In this document: positions 1 through 8,904 of the stretch, piece after piece | How positions within the stretch are numbered: position 1 is the first letter of the stretch | Layout: each line of letters starts with the position of its first letter | Sequence record: MZ501268.1 | Length of the DNA stretch: 64,000 nt | Strand: one strand, 5' to 3' | Position numbers and translations under genes: made by a program | The notes under the pieces: generated by a model | Told to the model about the DNA's origin: nothing | Seen by the model: the letters and a program-made list of their open reading frames with translations, nothing else | Databases searched by the model: none

Positions 1-41
1 CGTTTAGTTGTTGTCTGTATCTCTTCGGAGCTAGGTCGCGT

Positions 42-1037
42 ATGGCACATGATCATCAATTCAACGAAGCCTCGAACAGAGGGCTATTCGATTATGATGC
101 TGACTGTAAGGTTAGCTACTTTATTAAGTCCGATCTAAAGACTCCTTTAGTCATCCGTCAGCGTAACGGGATGGATAACGTGATACCGCCAAAGTTTTAT
201 GGTGGGGGAGTGATGGACAAGGTGGAGATCATGCTGGAGTTCCAAATCAAAGAGCATGTATTTCTCGACATTAACAATAAATCTATTGAGGAGCTACCGC
301 CCGAATACGCCGTGATTGCAAAAGCAATTAGCGTTATAAAAGAAAAGCGTGTGCGTGAACATGGCAACTACTATGTCGGTAGAGTTGTGTACACATTCAA
401 CAGCGAATACTTTGATCGCTGTGATGGTCAGTTTTATTTCTCTGTTCTTGATATGGTGCTATCCATAAACGGAATGGGAGACACTGATGATCATCCGTAT
501 TCTTTTAACGCCATGCAGCAAACCATGGCAGCAAAAATAAAGGACGATTATGCCGGCTTAGTCACGTACGCTGTTAAGTTGGTAGATTCACAAATGCGCC
601 TGGGTCCGAAGTACATCAATATTGCAGGTGATGTCTTTGAACTAATAGCAACCGAAGGACAAGGGACCGAATCAGCTGACGGCCTCTATTTCATTGGTGA
701 TGCGCCTGTAAAGAAAGGAAGACAACATTCAGCGGGCCGTACACGGTTTACGGCACTTGACACGATCTTGCAAAACCCTGAGAAGTACGGATTGTTTTCA
801 ACCATTGGGGAAGCGAGACACCGTGGCGATAAACCACTGGAAGCTGCACAGAACGCGTTAGATGTCGCAAATGGGAAGGAAAGGAAAGCGCAGCAGAAAA
901 TCGCCCAACTGGAAACTCAGTTGGAAGGGTATAAAGCGAAAGAGAAACAGGACAATGGACTGGTTCTCAACAAAGGGATAACGGAGCTCATCAAACTCAT
1001 TACGGCCACTATAGGCATTGTTAAACTCCTGAGGTAA
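42..1037 (+). CDS. hypothetical protein immediately upstream of nvRNAP beta; C-terminal coiled coil and hydrophobic tail
   Basis: 331-aa ORF abutting the RNAP gene; ends AQQKIAQLETQLEGYK...ITELIKLITATIGIVKLLR. Confidence 0.6.
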   Translation: MAHDHQFNEASNRGLFDYDADCKVSYFIKSDLKTPLVIRQRNGMDNVIPPKFYGGGVMDKVEIMLEFQIKEHVFLDINNKSIEELPPEYAVIAKAISVIKEKRVREHGNYYVGRVVYTFNSEYFDRCDGQFYFSVLDMVLSINGMGDTDDHPYSFNAMQQTMAAKIKDDYAGLVTYAVKLVDSQMRLGPKYINIAGDVFELIATEGQGTESADGLYFIGDAPVKKGRQHSAGRTRFTALDTILQNPEKYGLFSTIGEARHRGDKPLEAAQNALDVANGKERKAQQKIAQLETQLEGYKAKEKQDNGLVLNKGITELIKLITATIGIVKLLR

Positions 1038-1041
1038 CTCA

Positions 1042-2730
1042 ATGGACCCGTTGCTCGAAACAGCTATACAAAATATGGTACCAAAAATGAATCCGGATGT
1101 TTCTAATGGATTCGTTAAGCGAGAGTTAGACAAAGCTCTGGAATACTTGAGTAATGTATTCTCTAGCGCATTTGGTAGTTTGGGGTCGAACATAAAGTAT
1201 GTAGGGTATCAGCGTTGCAGACCTGATGAAGAGTATCGTTTCAGTCTGAAGCGCAATGGTGGAGCCACCGCATCGAAAGCGCGTTATGAGTTAGCGCGAT
1301 CAGATGTGTTCTTAACCAAGTTCAACTTCACAGTTGACGCAAAACCTACCAAGCCCTTGTTGCTTTATGTTCCATATTGCGACGATACGGGCCTGATGCA
1401 TTTACGTGGGACGGCACACACCATCTCACCAGTGCTAGAAGACCCTGGTATCTCCATTACGCGTGACGGGTGTTTCTTCCGAGTAACGTGCGATAAGATC
1501 GTTATCAAACGCACCGGACACACTGTGTGTCGTGACACGATCGACATCACTCAGAAACGTAAACGTGTGCAACGACACATCAACATCCCGTGGAGTAAGT
1601 TGTATCGTGCCAAACAACAGAAAGCGAACTCAGCGAAGACCGCACCGGTTACTTCTCTGCCGCATTATCTGTTTGCGAAATACGGTGCGACATACACTTT
1701 TAAGAAGTATGCAGGTGTTGACGTGGTGTATGGGACTGAGTTGGATATCACACCTCAGAATTACCCAGACAATGAATGGACACGTTTCTATTCAGCCAAA
1801 CAAACCCACCCAAACAACAAACGTCCGTCTCAGGAATGGGTACCAACTTCTGCAGCGCTTGCTGTTAGAACAACCAATCCGAGTCAGTTAGTGGATATCC
1901 TTGTTGCTGGCTACTTCTATGTCGCTGACTGCTATACCCATGAGTTCAATCCGATTCACTCTGATGAGCCAGATCATTGGCGTCTGATGATGGGTAAAAT
2001 GGTCTTTAACAAAACCGTTAAATATGTGCAGATGACAGAATACCTGGCACCGCACTTTGCTTCACTTGATACGTATCTCGATGACATTGCAAAAGACAAC
2101 CTGGCTGACGAAGGTGTGATGTGTGAAGATATCTACGAGCTGATGACTTACATCATTGCCAACCTGGATCACATGATCAACACCGTGAACCTGGCGAGCA
2201 TGTACAACAAGAAGTTGGTTGTATTGCCGTATGTACTCTCCCCGATCATCCACGGTATCTTCTATACCAAGTTTAACCTGATGCAACAATGTAAGAAACG
2301 TGCTGTCGACACCGTCACTGGTGAAGAGATCATGGTGTTTACTGAAGATACGTTATTCGACGTTCTTAATCGCAATCTTAAGCCGGAAGCCATCAACAAA
2401 GTGAAAGGGCCAGATCATGGCATGATTAGCTCCGTTGCAGCGCCAGGCGACAATAAGATGTTTAAGATCAATAATAAGATCACACTACAGCAAAACGCAA
2501 CACAATCAGGCGGACGTCGTAATGAGTCGCCAATGACTGATGATTCGAAAGGGCTGGATGTAAGTATCGCAGACTGTGCATCTTATCTCCACATTACCAA
2601 GCCTGATCCCACCGGTCGTTCTTTATTTAACCCGTTTAAATTGTTGGTGCGCGATAAACTCCTGCCATCTGTAAAGTACGAAAAGTTATTCTCAGAGACC
2701 CAGGCAATTATCGGTCGTCGCAACATTTAA
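1042..2730 (+). CDS. non-virion RNA polymerase beta subunit, N-terminal part (phiKZ gp123-like)
   Basis: Motifs PKMNPDVSNGF, YVGYQRCRPDEEY, LARSDVFL, LYVPYCDDTG..ISPVLED and size (562 aa) match the split-beta subunit of phiKZ-like nvRNAP as I recall it. Confidence 0.85.
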   Translation: MDPLLETAIQNMVPKMNPDVSNGFVKRELDKALEYLSNVFSSAFGSLGSNIKYVGYQRCRPDEEYRFSLKRNGGATASKARYELARSDVFLTKFNFTVDAKPTKPLLLYVPYCDDTGLMHLRGTAHTISPVLEDPGISITRDGCFFRVTCDKIVIKRTGHTVCRDTIDITQKRKRVQRHINIPWSKLYRAKQQKANSAKTAPVTSLPHYLFAKYGATYTFKKYAGVDVVYGTELDITPQNYPDNEWTRFYSAKQTHPNNKRPSQEWVPTSAALAVRTTNPSQLVDILVAGYFYVADCYTHEFNPIHSDEPDHWRLMMGKMVFNKTVKYVQMTEYLAPHFASLDTYLDDIAKDNLADEGVMCEDIYELMTYIIANLDHMINTVNLASMYNKKLVVLPYVLSPIIHGIFYTKFNLMQQCKKRAVDTVTGEEIMVFTEDTLFDVLNRNLKPEAINKVKGPDHGMISSVAAPGDNKMFKINNKITLQQNATQSGGRRNESPMTDDSKGLDVSIADCASYLHITKPDPTGRSLFNPFKLLVRDKLLPSVKYEKLFSETQAIIGRRNI

Positions 2731-2786
2731 TCGCAGTGTAACCAACTTTGTTTACAGGCCTTTTGGCTTGAAAAAGGAAAACCGTT

Positions 2787-5273
2787 ATGAGTAACATGAT
2801 CCCTCAGATGATGATGGCCCAAGGGGCAGGTATGTATCCTCAGCAGCAGATGTATCCGGGTATGATGCCACAGATGCAAATGCAGCCACAGATGATGCAA
2901 CCGCAACAAGCTCCACAGATCGATAAACAGGCATTGGCGCAAGCTTTCGCAAAATTTATCAATCAAGCGGCATCGCAGAACCAGAATCAGTTGACGGCAT
3001 ATATCTACAACCGCTATACAGCGCAACAGTATCAGAACCAGCAGTTCCAAACTGCGGTGAACACGGTACTGGCGATGTTTATGTTGAATATGCAAACAGC
3101 TGCTGGTCTGCCAGCGCATCAACTACAGGGGAACGCAGTTACTGATGCGTATGAGATCCATGCCATTCTGGAATTGCAACAGAACCCAGCAATGGTATCC
3201 GCTCTGCCGCCTCAGGTTATCCAGGCATTGGTACAAAACATCCCGCGCTTACAACAACAGTTAAACCAGAGCTTCCCGCAGTTACAACTCCAGGTACCAC
3301 AGTTGAACGTGCCGGGATACCAACTCCAGAACACAATGCAGCCGCAGCAGCATATGTTACCGGGGTATAATGCCATGTCACAACCTCAGATGGGTTATGC
3401 GCCACCGCAGACGCAGGGACTCTATCAGAGCAGTATGATGCCAGGCCAGCCGTACAATGGTTACAGTCAACAGACTAACGATAACTTCGGTATGAGCGAT
3501 GCTCGTGCACAGTTACCGGCCCCGCCTGAAGATGGTAAGTATTACGGTCCGGCAAGCATTGGGAATAACAATGAACCAAAATCGACCAACAGTGTGCAGC
3601 CAATTGCTGTTGCCGGTTTTGATACAGGTGAAGCCCGTGTGCCATTCCATGCAGTGGGTGTGTTGCAAGAATACAGCACACCTAATCTGCAGGCTGACAT
3701 CAGTGCTCAGCAGGAAGCCGTACCGTACAGCGATATTAACTTTGACCAAGTGATGTCTCTGGAATCGGAAGACACGGAAGAGGCCATGTTCAATGTACCA
3801 ATGGCAGATCGTGATGAACTGGCGTTAAATGCCAGCTCTGAAGAAATGCCATACAAGAGCATGTTCCCATCCTTTGCTGAAATCTTTAACCAACCTAATC
3901 AGGGTGGTAATATCAGCGTAGCGGCAGAAGCCGCTATGGTACCGCCACCGGCCGAAGCATTACTGCAACCACAGGTAGAAGTTAAACCTGCTGTTGTTGT
4001 GAAACAAGCTGTAGTGTCGCCAGATGGCCTGCCTGATGGCTGGATGTTCACAGAGTCACTGGAAGACGGTGAGTTCTTGCGGATGATCCGTGCTGCCAAA
4101 CGTAACCGTAAGAATCCATTACCGATTCATTACGACCGTACTTACATGACTCGCCTGTATCGCCAAGGTGAAGACGGTTCTATTGAACAGAAAATCGTAG
4201 GAGAAACCATGGACAGACTTCGTCATGACTTAAGCTCGTTGAACGACACCGATGACAGTGGTGCACGTGAGCAGTCAGCGCTGTTCTCCCCGTTGACAAC
4301 TGCAACCATTGATGAAGTCAATAAGGTTGTTAAAGAAGCCAACAAAGACGCTGGAAAGGTTACAGAAGTTCTGAAGGAAAAAGACATCGTGGTGTTAAGC
4401 AAACCCGTGACTGTCTCTTGCCGTCAGGAAGCTGCGATCTTAACTGCGGCGAAAGCGGGCGAGATTCAGAAGCTCAATACCAACAAACACGGTTATGAGT
4501 ATTACTACCGTGAAGCGATGGTACTGCAGTCAACGAAAGATGTCAGTGCGCTGCTGGAATCCACTAACGTGAAAGCGTTGTCTCAGCGTTCTCAGGTAAA
4601 CAACCTGGTTGAACTGTCTGAAGCGATTCGTGCAGTACGTGCTGATGGCGATCTCTCGGTGCAGGGTCTGACTAAAGTGACCGACCACATGATCGAAGTG
4701 CTGAACGATATGTTGACGCACGAATACGGTTACGCTGGCGGTCTGTTGTTGACCGGTCAGGATAGTGATGGTAATCCGGTACTGCTCGAAGATGAGCTGA
4801 TGGACTTCGTGGTCTACATGGACGGGGATGAAGATAACCGTGAAGTGTTGGATCTGATCCATAAGCGTTGGGTGCCACTGCGTGAACGTCTGTGCATTAT
4901 CTTAACCGATGGTGCGTTGACTTCTGCTCAGCGTATTCTGGCTAACCGTTACGGGACTGAAGGGGATAAAGGCGACATGGAAGCGATGGTTGAAGCAACC
5001 AGCCACATGTTGATTGCCATGACCTCGATCAGTGTTACTAACCTCAACAAATCTTCTCGTGAACTGAAGATTGACAGCAAGGATCGTATCTTCGCTGTAA
5101 ACGGTTCTGACAGCCCGTATCTGTACAGTGTGTTCAAAGGTATCTCTGATCGCATTAAACTGCATACAGCGCGTTACACGAAGCATCGGGTGGTTACCAG
5201 CGATGGTCGCTTCCTGAACTTCCGCACTGGCGGCTTAGGCGACGGAAGTGTCTTCATTGCTAACTTTGAGTAA
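2787..5273 (+). CDS. large protein with Q/P/M-rich low-complexity N-terminus and globular C-terminus
   Basis: 828-aa ORF, AAGGA RBS; first ~230 aa rich in Q, M, P, Y. Confidence 0.65.
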   Translation: MSNMIPQMMMAQGAGMYPQQQMYPGMMPQMQMQPQMMQPQQAPQIDKQALAQAFAKFINQAASQNQNQLTAYIYNRYTAQQYQNQQFQTAVNTVLAMFMLNMQTAAGLPAHQLQGNAVTDAYEIHAILELQQNPAMVSALPPQVIQALVQNIPRLQQQLNQSFPQLQLQVPQLNVPGYQLQNTMQPQQHMLPGYNAMSQPQMGYAPPQTQGLYQSSMMPGQPYNGYSQQTNDNFGMSDARAQLPAPPEDGKYYGPASIGNNNEPKSTNSVQPIAVAGFDTGEARVPFHAVGVLQEYSTPNLQADISAQQEAVPYSDINFDQVMSLESEDTEEAMFNVPMADRDELALNASSEEMPYKSMFPSFAEIFNQPNQGGNISVAAEAAMVPPPAEALLQPQVEVKPAVVVKQAVVSPDGLPDGWMFTESLEDGEFLRMIRAAKRNRKNPLPIHYDRTYMTRLYRQGEDGSIEQKIVGETMDRLRHDLSSLNDTDDSGAREQSALFSPLTTATIDEVNKVVKEANKDAGKVTEVLKEKDIVVLSKPVTVSCRQEAAILTAAKAGEIQKLNTNKHGYEYYYREAMVLQSTKDVSALLESTNVKALSQRSQVNNLVELSEAIRAVRADGDLSVQGLTKVTDHMIEVLNDMLTHEYGYAGGLLLTGQDSDGNPVLLEDELMDFVVYMDGDEDNREVLDLIHKRWVPLRERLCIILTDGALTSAQRILANRYGTEGDKGDMEAMVEATSHMLIAMTSISVTNLNKSSRELKIDSKDRIFAVNGSDSPYLYSVFKGISDRIKLHTARYTKHRVVTSDGRFLNFRTGGLGDGSVFIANFE

Positions 5274-5283
5274 TGACATAACA

Positions 5284-5310
5284 GGAGGGCTTCGGCTCTC
5301 CTTTATGCCG
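5284..5310 (+). terminator. hairpin terminator with TTTATGCCG tail
   Basis: GGAGGGC-TTCG-GCTCTCC followed by TTTATGCCG. Confidence 0.8.
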
Positions 5311-5587
5311 TCCGTTTAATACAAACCTTATTGTGCGTTTCTCATCAGACGCCTACCTGGATATCTTTGATGACGCATGGTCTACGCCACAGACTACACG
5401 ATCCTTTAAACCCCAACGGCTCTTAGTGATATTAAGGTGATATCCTACACGTTGTTTATAACTCACGTTTGATTTGAATTCCTTTGGCGATATTAAAGAA
5501 CAGTTCACGAAAAAGAACATGATACAGCAAACTTTCTTTAATCTCCCATTAACCTATCATCATTAATCTACTCATGGAAACCGTTAT

Positions 5588-5929
5588 ATGGACCTCTTAA
5601 GTTTGAAAGACACCCCAGCCATTGTCTACTACCAGGATGCACTCCCTCGTCTTGTTGCCGAGATGAATGCCGCCACCGATGACACCGATGAAACCCAAGC
5701 GGTAGATTGTGAAAGGGTCATCCATGGCTTGGTGCATCTGTTTGCTGTACCGGCGCCTGTTGCCAGTGTGACCATCCAACGCCATTGTGCGGCGTTCGAA
5801 CGAAAGCTCCGTTATACCGTCAGGTTGATTGATGGCGTCTGGGTGACTTTTGTAGGACCTGAACCTGTGGCACTGCGTTATCAGCTGGGGGTAGAAATCT
5901 TCAGCAGCATTACCTTCCCTGTAACTTAA
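5588..5929 (+). CDS. hypothetical protein
   Basis: 113-aa ORF ending at a bidirectional terminator. Confidence 0.55.
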   Translation: MDLLSLKDTPAIVYYQDALPRLVAEMNAATDDTDETQAVDCERVIHGLVHLFAVPAPVASVTIQRHCAAFERKLRYTVRLIDGVWVTFVGPEPVALRYQLGVEIFSSITFPVT

Positions 5930-5930
5930 T

Positions 5931-5983
5931 CGGCATAAGAGGAGGAGCATTTGCTCCTCCTCTGTTATGCTCTCTTTTTTTTT
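5931..5983. terminator. bidirectional terminator between convergent genes
   Basis: CGGCATAA-GAGGAGGAGC-ATTT-GCTCCTCCTC-TGTTATGC then T-run. Confidence 0.85.
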
Positions 5984-5986
5984 TGT

Positions 5987-8872
5987 TTAGAAAGTGAACT
6001 TCGGTCCGGTTGATGAGTCTTCTTCGAAGTCTTCATCGGTTGGATCTGCTGGGTCAGCTGGATCATCCGGATTCTGTTCATCGTCTGGGTTGGTTTCGTC
6101 CTCAGGGTTTTGTTCTGAGTTTTCGTCAGGGCTCTCATTAAAGTCATCGGTCGCTGGAGCAGGATCAGCTGCATTAGGATCAATCGGGTTACCAAACTCA
6201 TCTACTTGACCAGTTTGATCAGCCAATGGGTTAGCGGCCGTATCACCTATCTGACCGTCGGCCTTCAGTAGGTCGTAACGTTTCTGCATCTTCTTTTCTA
6301 CTTTCTTCTTGTCTTTCAGGTAAGTCAACAACCCTTCCCAGACATTCTCATTGTAGCCAATGATTTCAGAAAGCAGTGCGGCGGTGGAGTTGGTGTCCTC
6401 GCCCAGATCATTCAAGATAGCGAACTGTTGTGCGTTACCTGAATCATCCATCCATTTACGCATATACATCGCTACCAGAGACTGGCGCCAGGTTTCCAGA
6501 TCTTCTTCCGCACCTTCCATGAACTTCACCAGCACCGCATCAGGGAAGCGGTCATTGATCACAGCTTCAGTGTGTTCACGACGAGTTGCATAGGCACGGG
6601 TAACATCTTCCAGATCGGTGGTTTCTGGCTCTGGTAGCGTAACCAGGATAGAGTTGATGAAGTTGGTTAATAACCGATTAGCGATCGCTGTCTCGTCTTT
6701 TGCCACATCCGGGTTATTTTCCTTGAAGTCCTCAAACATCTTCTTGCCTTTAGCAGAAGACGGACTCCACAGGCTTTTGTTATCGTTGATGATTTCGTAC
6801 AAATCATTCATCAGATTCCCGGACTTAACGGTGAGCTTACGAATCAAGTCAGAGGCATGACCACAAACCGTTTTCTGCTGTACCGTGATCTCTTGACAAT
6901 AAAGCGCGTCGTTGTTGATGTGTTCGATCGCAAATTTGATGTCGTTTTGTGACGAGATCAATTCAGGACGCACACCCCACATCTGTGAGAGGAACTCCAT
7001 CAGACGGTCATTCCATTCTGGATCTGGCGGCGTGATGTCACGTTTAGAGTGCGACACTTCGGCGTTGATAGAAGGGTAATGATCGTTACCGGCGGTCTTC
7101 ACAATCACACTGGCGCTGTCAAGGATGTTACACACATCGCGTGGGCTCTTTGCACCGATAATAGACGAAAGGCCAAGCGTGGAGTTCAAGTGTGTACTGA
7201 TCACATCTTCAATGGTGTTCTCAGGCTCAACATCGTCTTCATCCAGCGGGATGTCAAGCGTGGTGATATTCACTGAGTTCGCAACGTTTGCAAGGGTAGT
7301 TGCAATGATGTTGGTCATCGCCATTGAAGCGTACAGACGAGAACGGTCAAGCAGAGAGCGGCCAATACCAAAGCGGTTGTAGTCAAAGGCAAAGTAAGTC
7401 ATTGACTCTTCTGGCAGGTAAAGGATACGGGTCTGCAGGTTACGGCACGTACGGGCAAACATAATACGCATGACTTCATTGGTTAACCCAACTGTCATGG
7501 TCTGTCCATACGTACCATTCGCCAGACGGGTAACCAGATCCTTCTCCACTTCTTCAACGTACTTGTTGTAGAATGCAGTTGTGTCAAAGTTACACTTGTT
7601 ACCTGACTTCATCTGGGCGGCCATCTCAATGATACCTTTGGTACCATCAATCGCGCTGCCGGTATCCTGCTTGTTCTTCATCTGATCTTGATAGAACTGA
7701 TCATTCTGTGCAGTACGCAGCGGGTTACCGTGTTCATCGAGTAAGACGAAATAACCGACACGGTGTTTGAAGTCACCCGGAACATGCACAGGAATCACAC
7801 ACTCAGACGGCAGATGCATTAACAATGGCTGACCTACGTTCTCTTTGCTGAGCTCATCGTCACGGCTAACTGTGATGTTGTTGGTTGCGACGTAATCACG
7901 CTGCTTGAACAAATCATTGTATACCTTGGCGTATTGCTCTTCGCTCAACGTTGGTGTCTGCGCGACCTTACTGTCTTTGTCTTTCCCACCTTTAGCCTTT
8001 GCACCACCTTTGTCTTCCATGGCTTCCATCCCAGCACGACGGACACGCATGCCGAATGGGATACGGGTCTTCTTCGCCATGTTGCGACGGGCCAATGCCA
8101 GCTTAAAGCGCGGCAGACTCAGGACAGCATCGTTATCAGTGACCGTCACCCCTAACTCGTTCTTCTCATCACAATTTAAATGATGCTTGGTCATTAACGG
8201 CGTCTCGCCATTCATTAATGATTCAAGTGAGGCGGTCAGCAGGGTATTCTGGGTACCGGGGTCACCTAAATAACCACGGGATTTAAATTGGTTGGTGGCT
8301 GTGTCGTAATCGTCGCCAATAGATTCCATCCCGGCGCTGCGGGTGTAGCCATTAATTACGTTGTCCAAAGACGACTGAGAAAGGACCGCCCACGCCGATG
8401 AACCGGTCTTAAATAACATGTCCGGAACGATCTCAGTGAGTTTGTCAGTAATTTTATAGTTCTTTTCTATGTATTCCCGCACAGCTGAGATCAACAGTCC
8501 GTTGAGTTCGGTATTCTTCCCTTCGTACGATTCGGTCGTGTACGTCAGAGAGATCGTGCGCAGGTTACGCGGAGACAGAATAGAGGCAGTAAGAATCTTA
8601 CACGCTTTAATGGCTCCGGGTACACTTTCCATCAACTCGGTATTCGAGTCGATATTGGTGCTGGTGATAGCAGAGATGTTCTGAAGCATTCCCGCTGAAG
8701 GACCGCTGTCCCGATTGCTACGACCATTTTTACGTGTGTTCGTATCTTTCGGTTTGTTGTCCCGAGGAACCAGCAGCTCAACGATCGCTTTTGTCGCAGG
8801 ATCTTTATTGAGTAAATTCAGTTTTGGCGTAGCAGCACGGCTGTTACCTGCCAAGCGATTCGATTCGGCCAT
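5987..8872 (-). CDS. portal protein (phiKZ gp129-like)
   Basis: ~961 aa from ATG 8872 (AAGGAG RBS); motif KILTASILSPRNL and KAIVELLVP N-terminus recalled from phiKZ-like portals; acidic C-tail; divergent from a virion gene. Confidence 0.75.
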   Translation of the reverse strand: MAESNRLAGNSRAATPKLNLLNKDPATKAIVELLVPRDNKPKDTNTRKNGRSNRDSGPSAGMLQNISAITSTNIDSNTELMESVPGAIKACKILTASILSPRNLRTISLTYTTESYEGKNTELNGLLISAVREYIEKNYKITDKLTEIVPDMLFKTGSSAWAVLSQSSLDNVINGYTRSAGMESIGDDYDTATNQFKSRGYLGDPGTQNTLLTASLESLMNGETPLMTKHHLNCDEKNELGVTVTDNDAVLSLPRFKLALARRNMAKKTRIPFGMRVRRAGMEAMEDKGGAKAKGGKDKDSKVAQTPTLSEEQYAKVYNDLFKQRDYVATNNITVSRDDELSKENVGQPLLMHLPSECVIPVHVPGDFKHRVGYFVLLDEHGNPLRTAQNDQFYQDQMKNKQDTGSAIDGTKGIIEMAAQMKSGNKCNFDTTAFYNKYVEEVEKDLVTRLANGTYGQTMTVGLTNEVMRIMFARTCRNLQTRILYLPEESMTYFAFDYNRFGIGRSLLDRSRLYASMAMTNIIATTLANVANSVNITTLDIPLDEDDVEPENTIEDVISTHLNSTLGLSSIIGAKSPRDVCNILDSASVIVKTAGNDHYPSINAEVSHSKRDITPPDPEWNDRLMEFLSQMWGVRPELISSQNDIKFAIEHINNDALYCQEITVQQKTVCGHASDLIRKLTVKSGNLMNDLYEIINDNKSLWSPSSAKGKKMFEDFKENNPDVAKDETAIANRLLTNFINSILVTLPEPETTDLEDVTRAYATRREHTEAVINDRFPDAVLVKFMEGAEEDLETWRQSLVAMYMRKWMDDSGNAQQFAILNDLGEDTNSTAALLSEIIGYNENVWEGLLTYLKDKKKVEKKMQKRYDLLKADGQIGDTAANPLADQTGQVDEFGNPIDPNAADPAPATDDFNESPDENSEQNPEDETNPDDEQNPDDPADPADPTDEDFEEDSSTGPKFTF

Positions 8873-8904
8873 TTTAAAGAGGCTCCTTGCAGTGGGAGAA
8901 TAGC

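Noticed and set aside
5353-5520. 55-codon minus-strand ORF in the 5311-5587 gap
   Set aside because: No RBS or recognisable motif; the gap is more likely regulatory.
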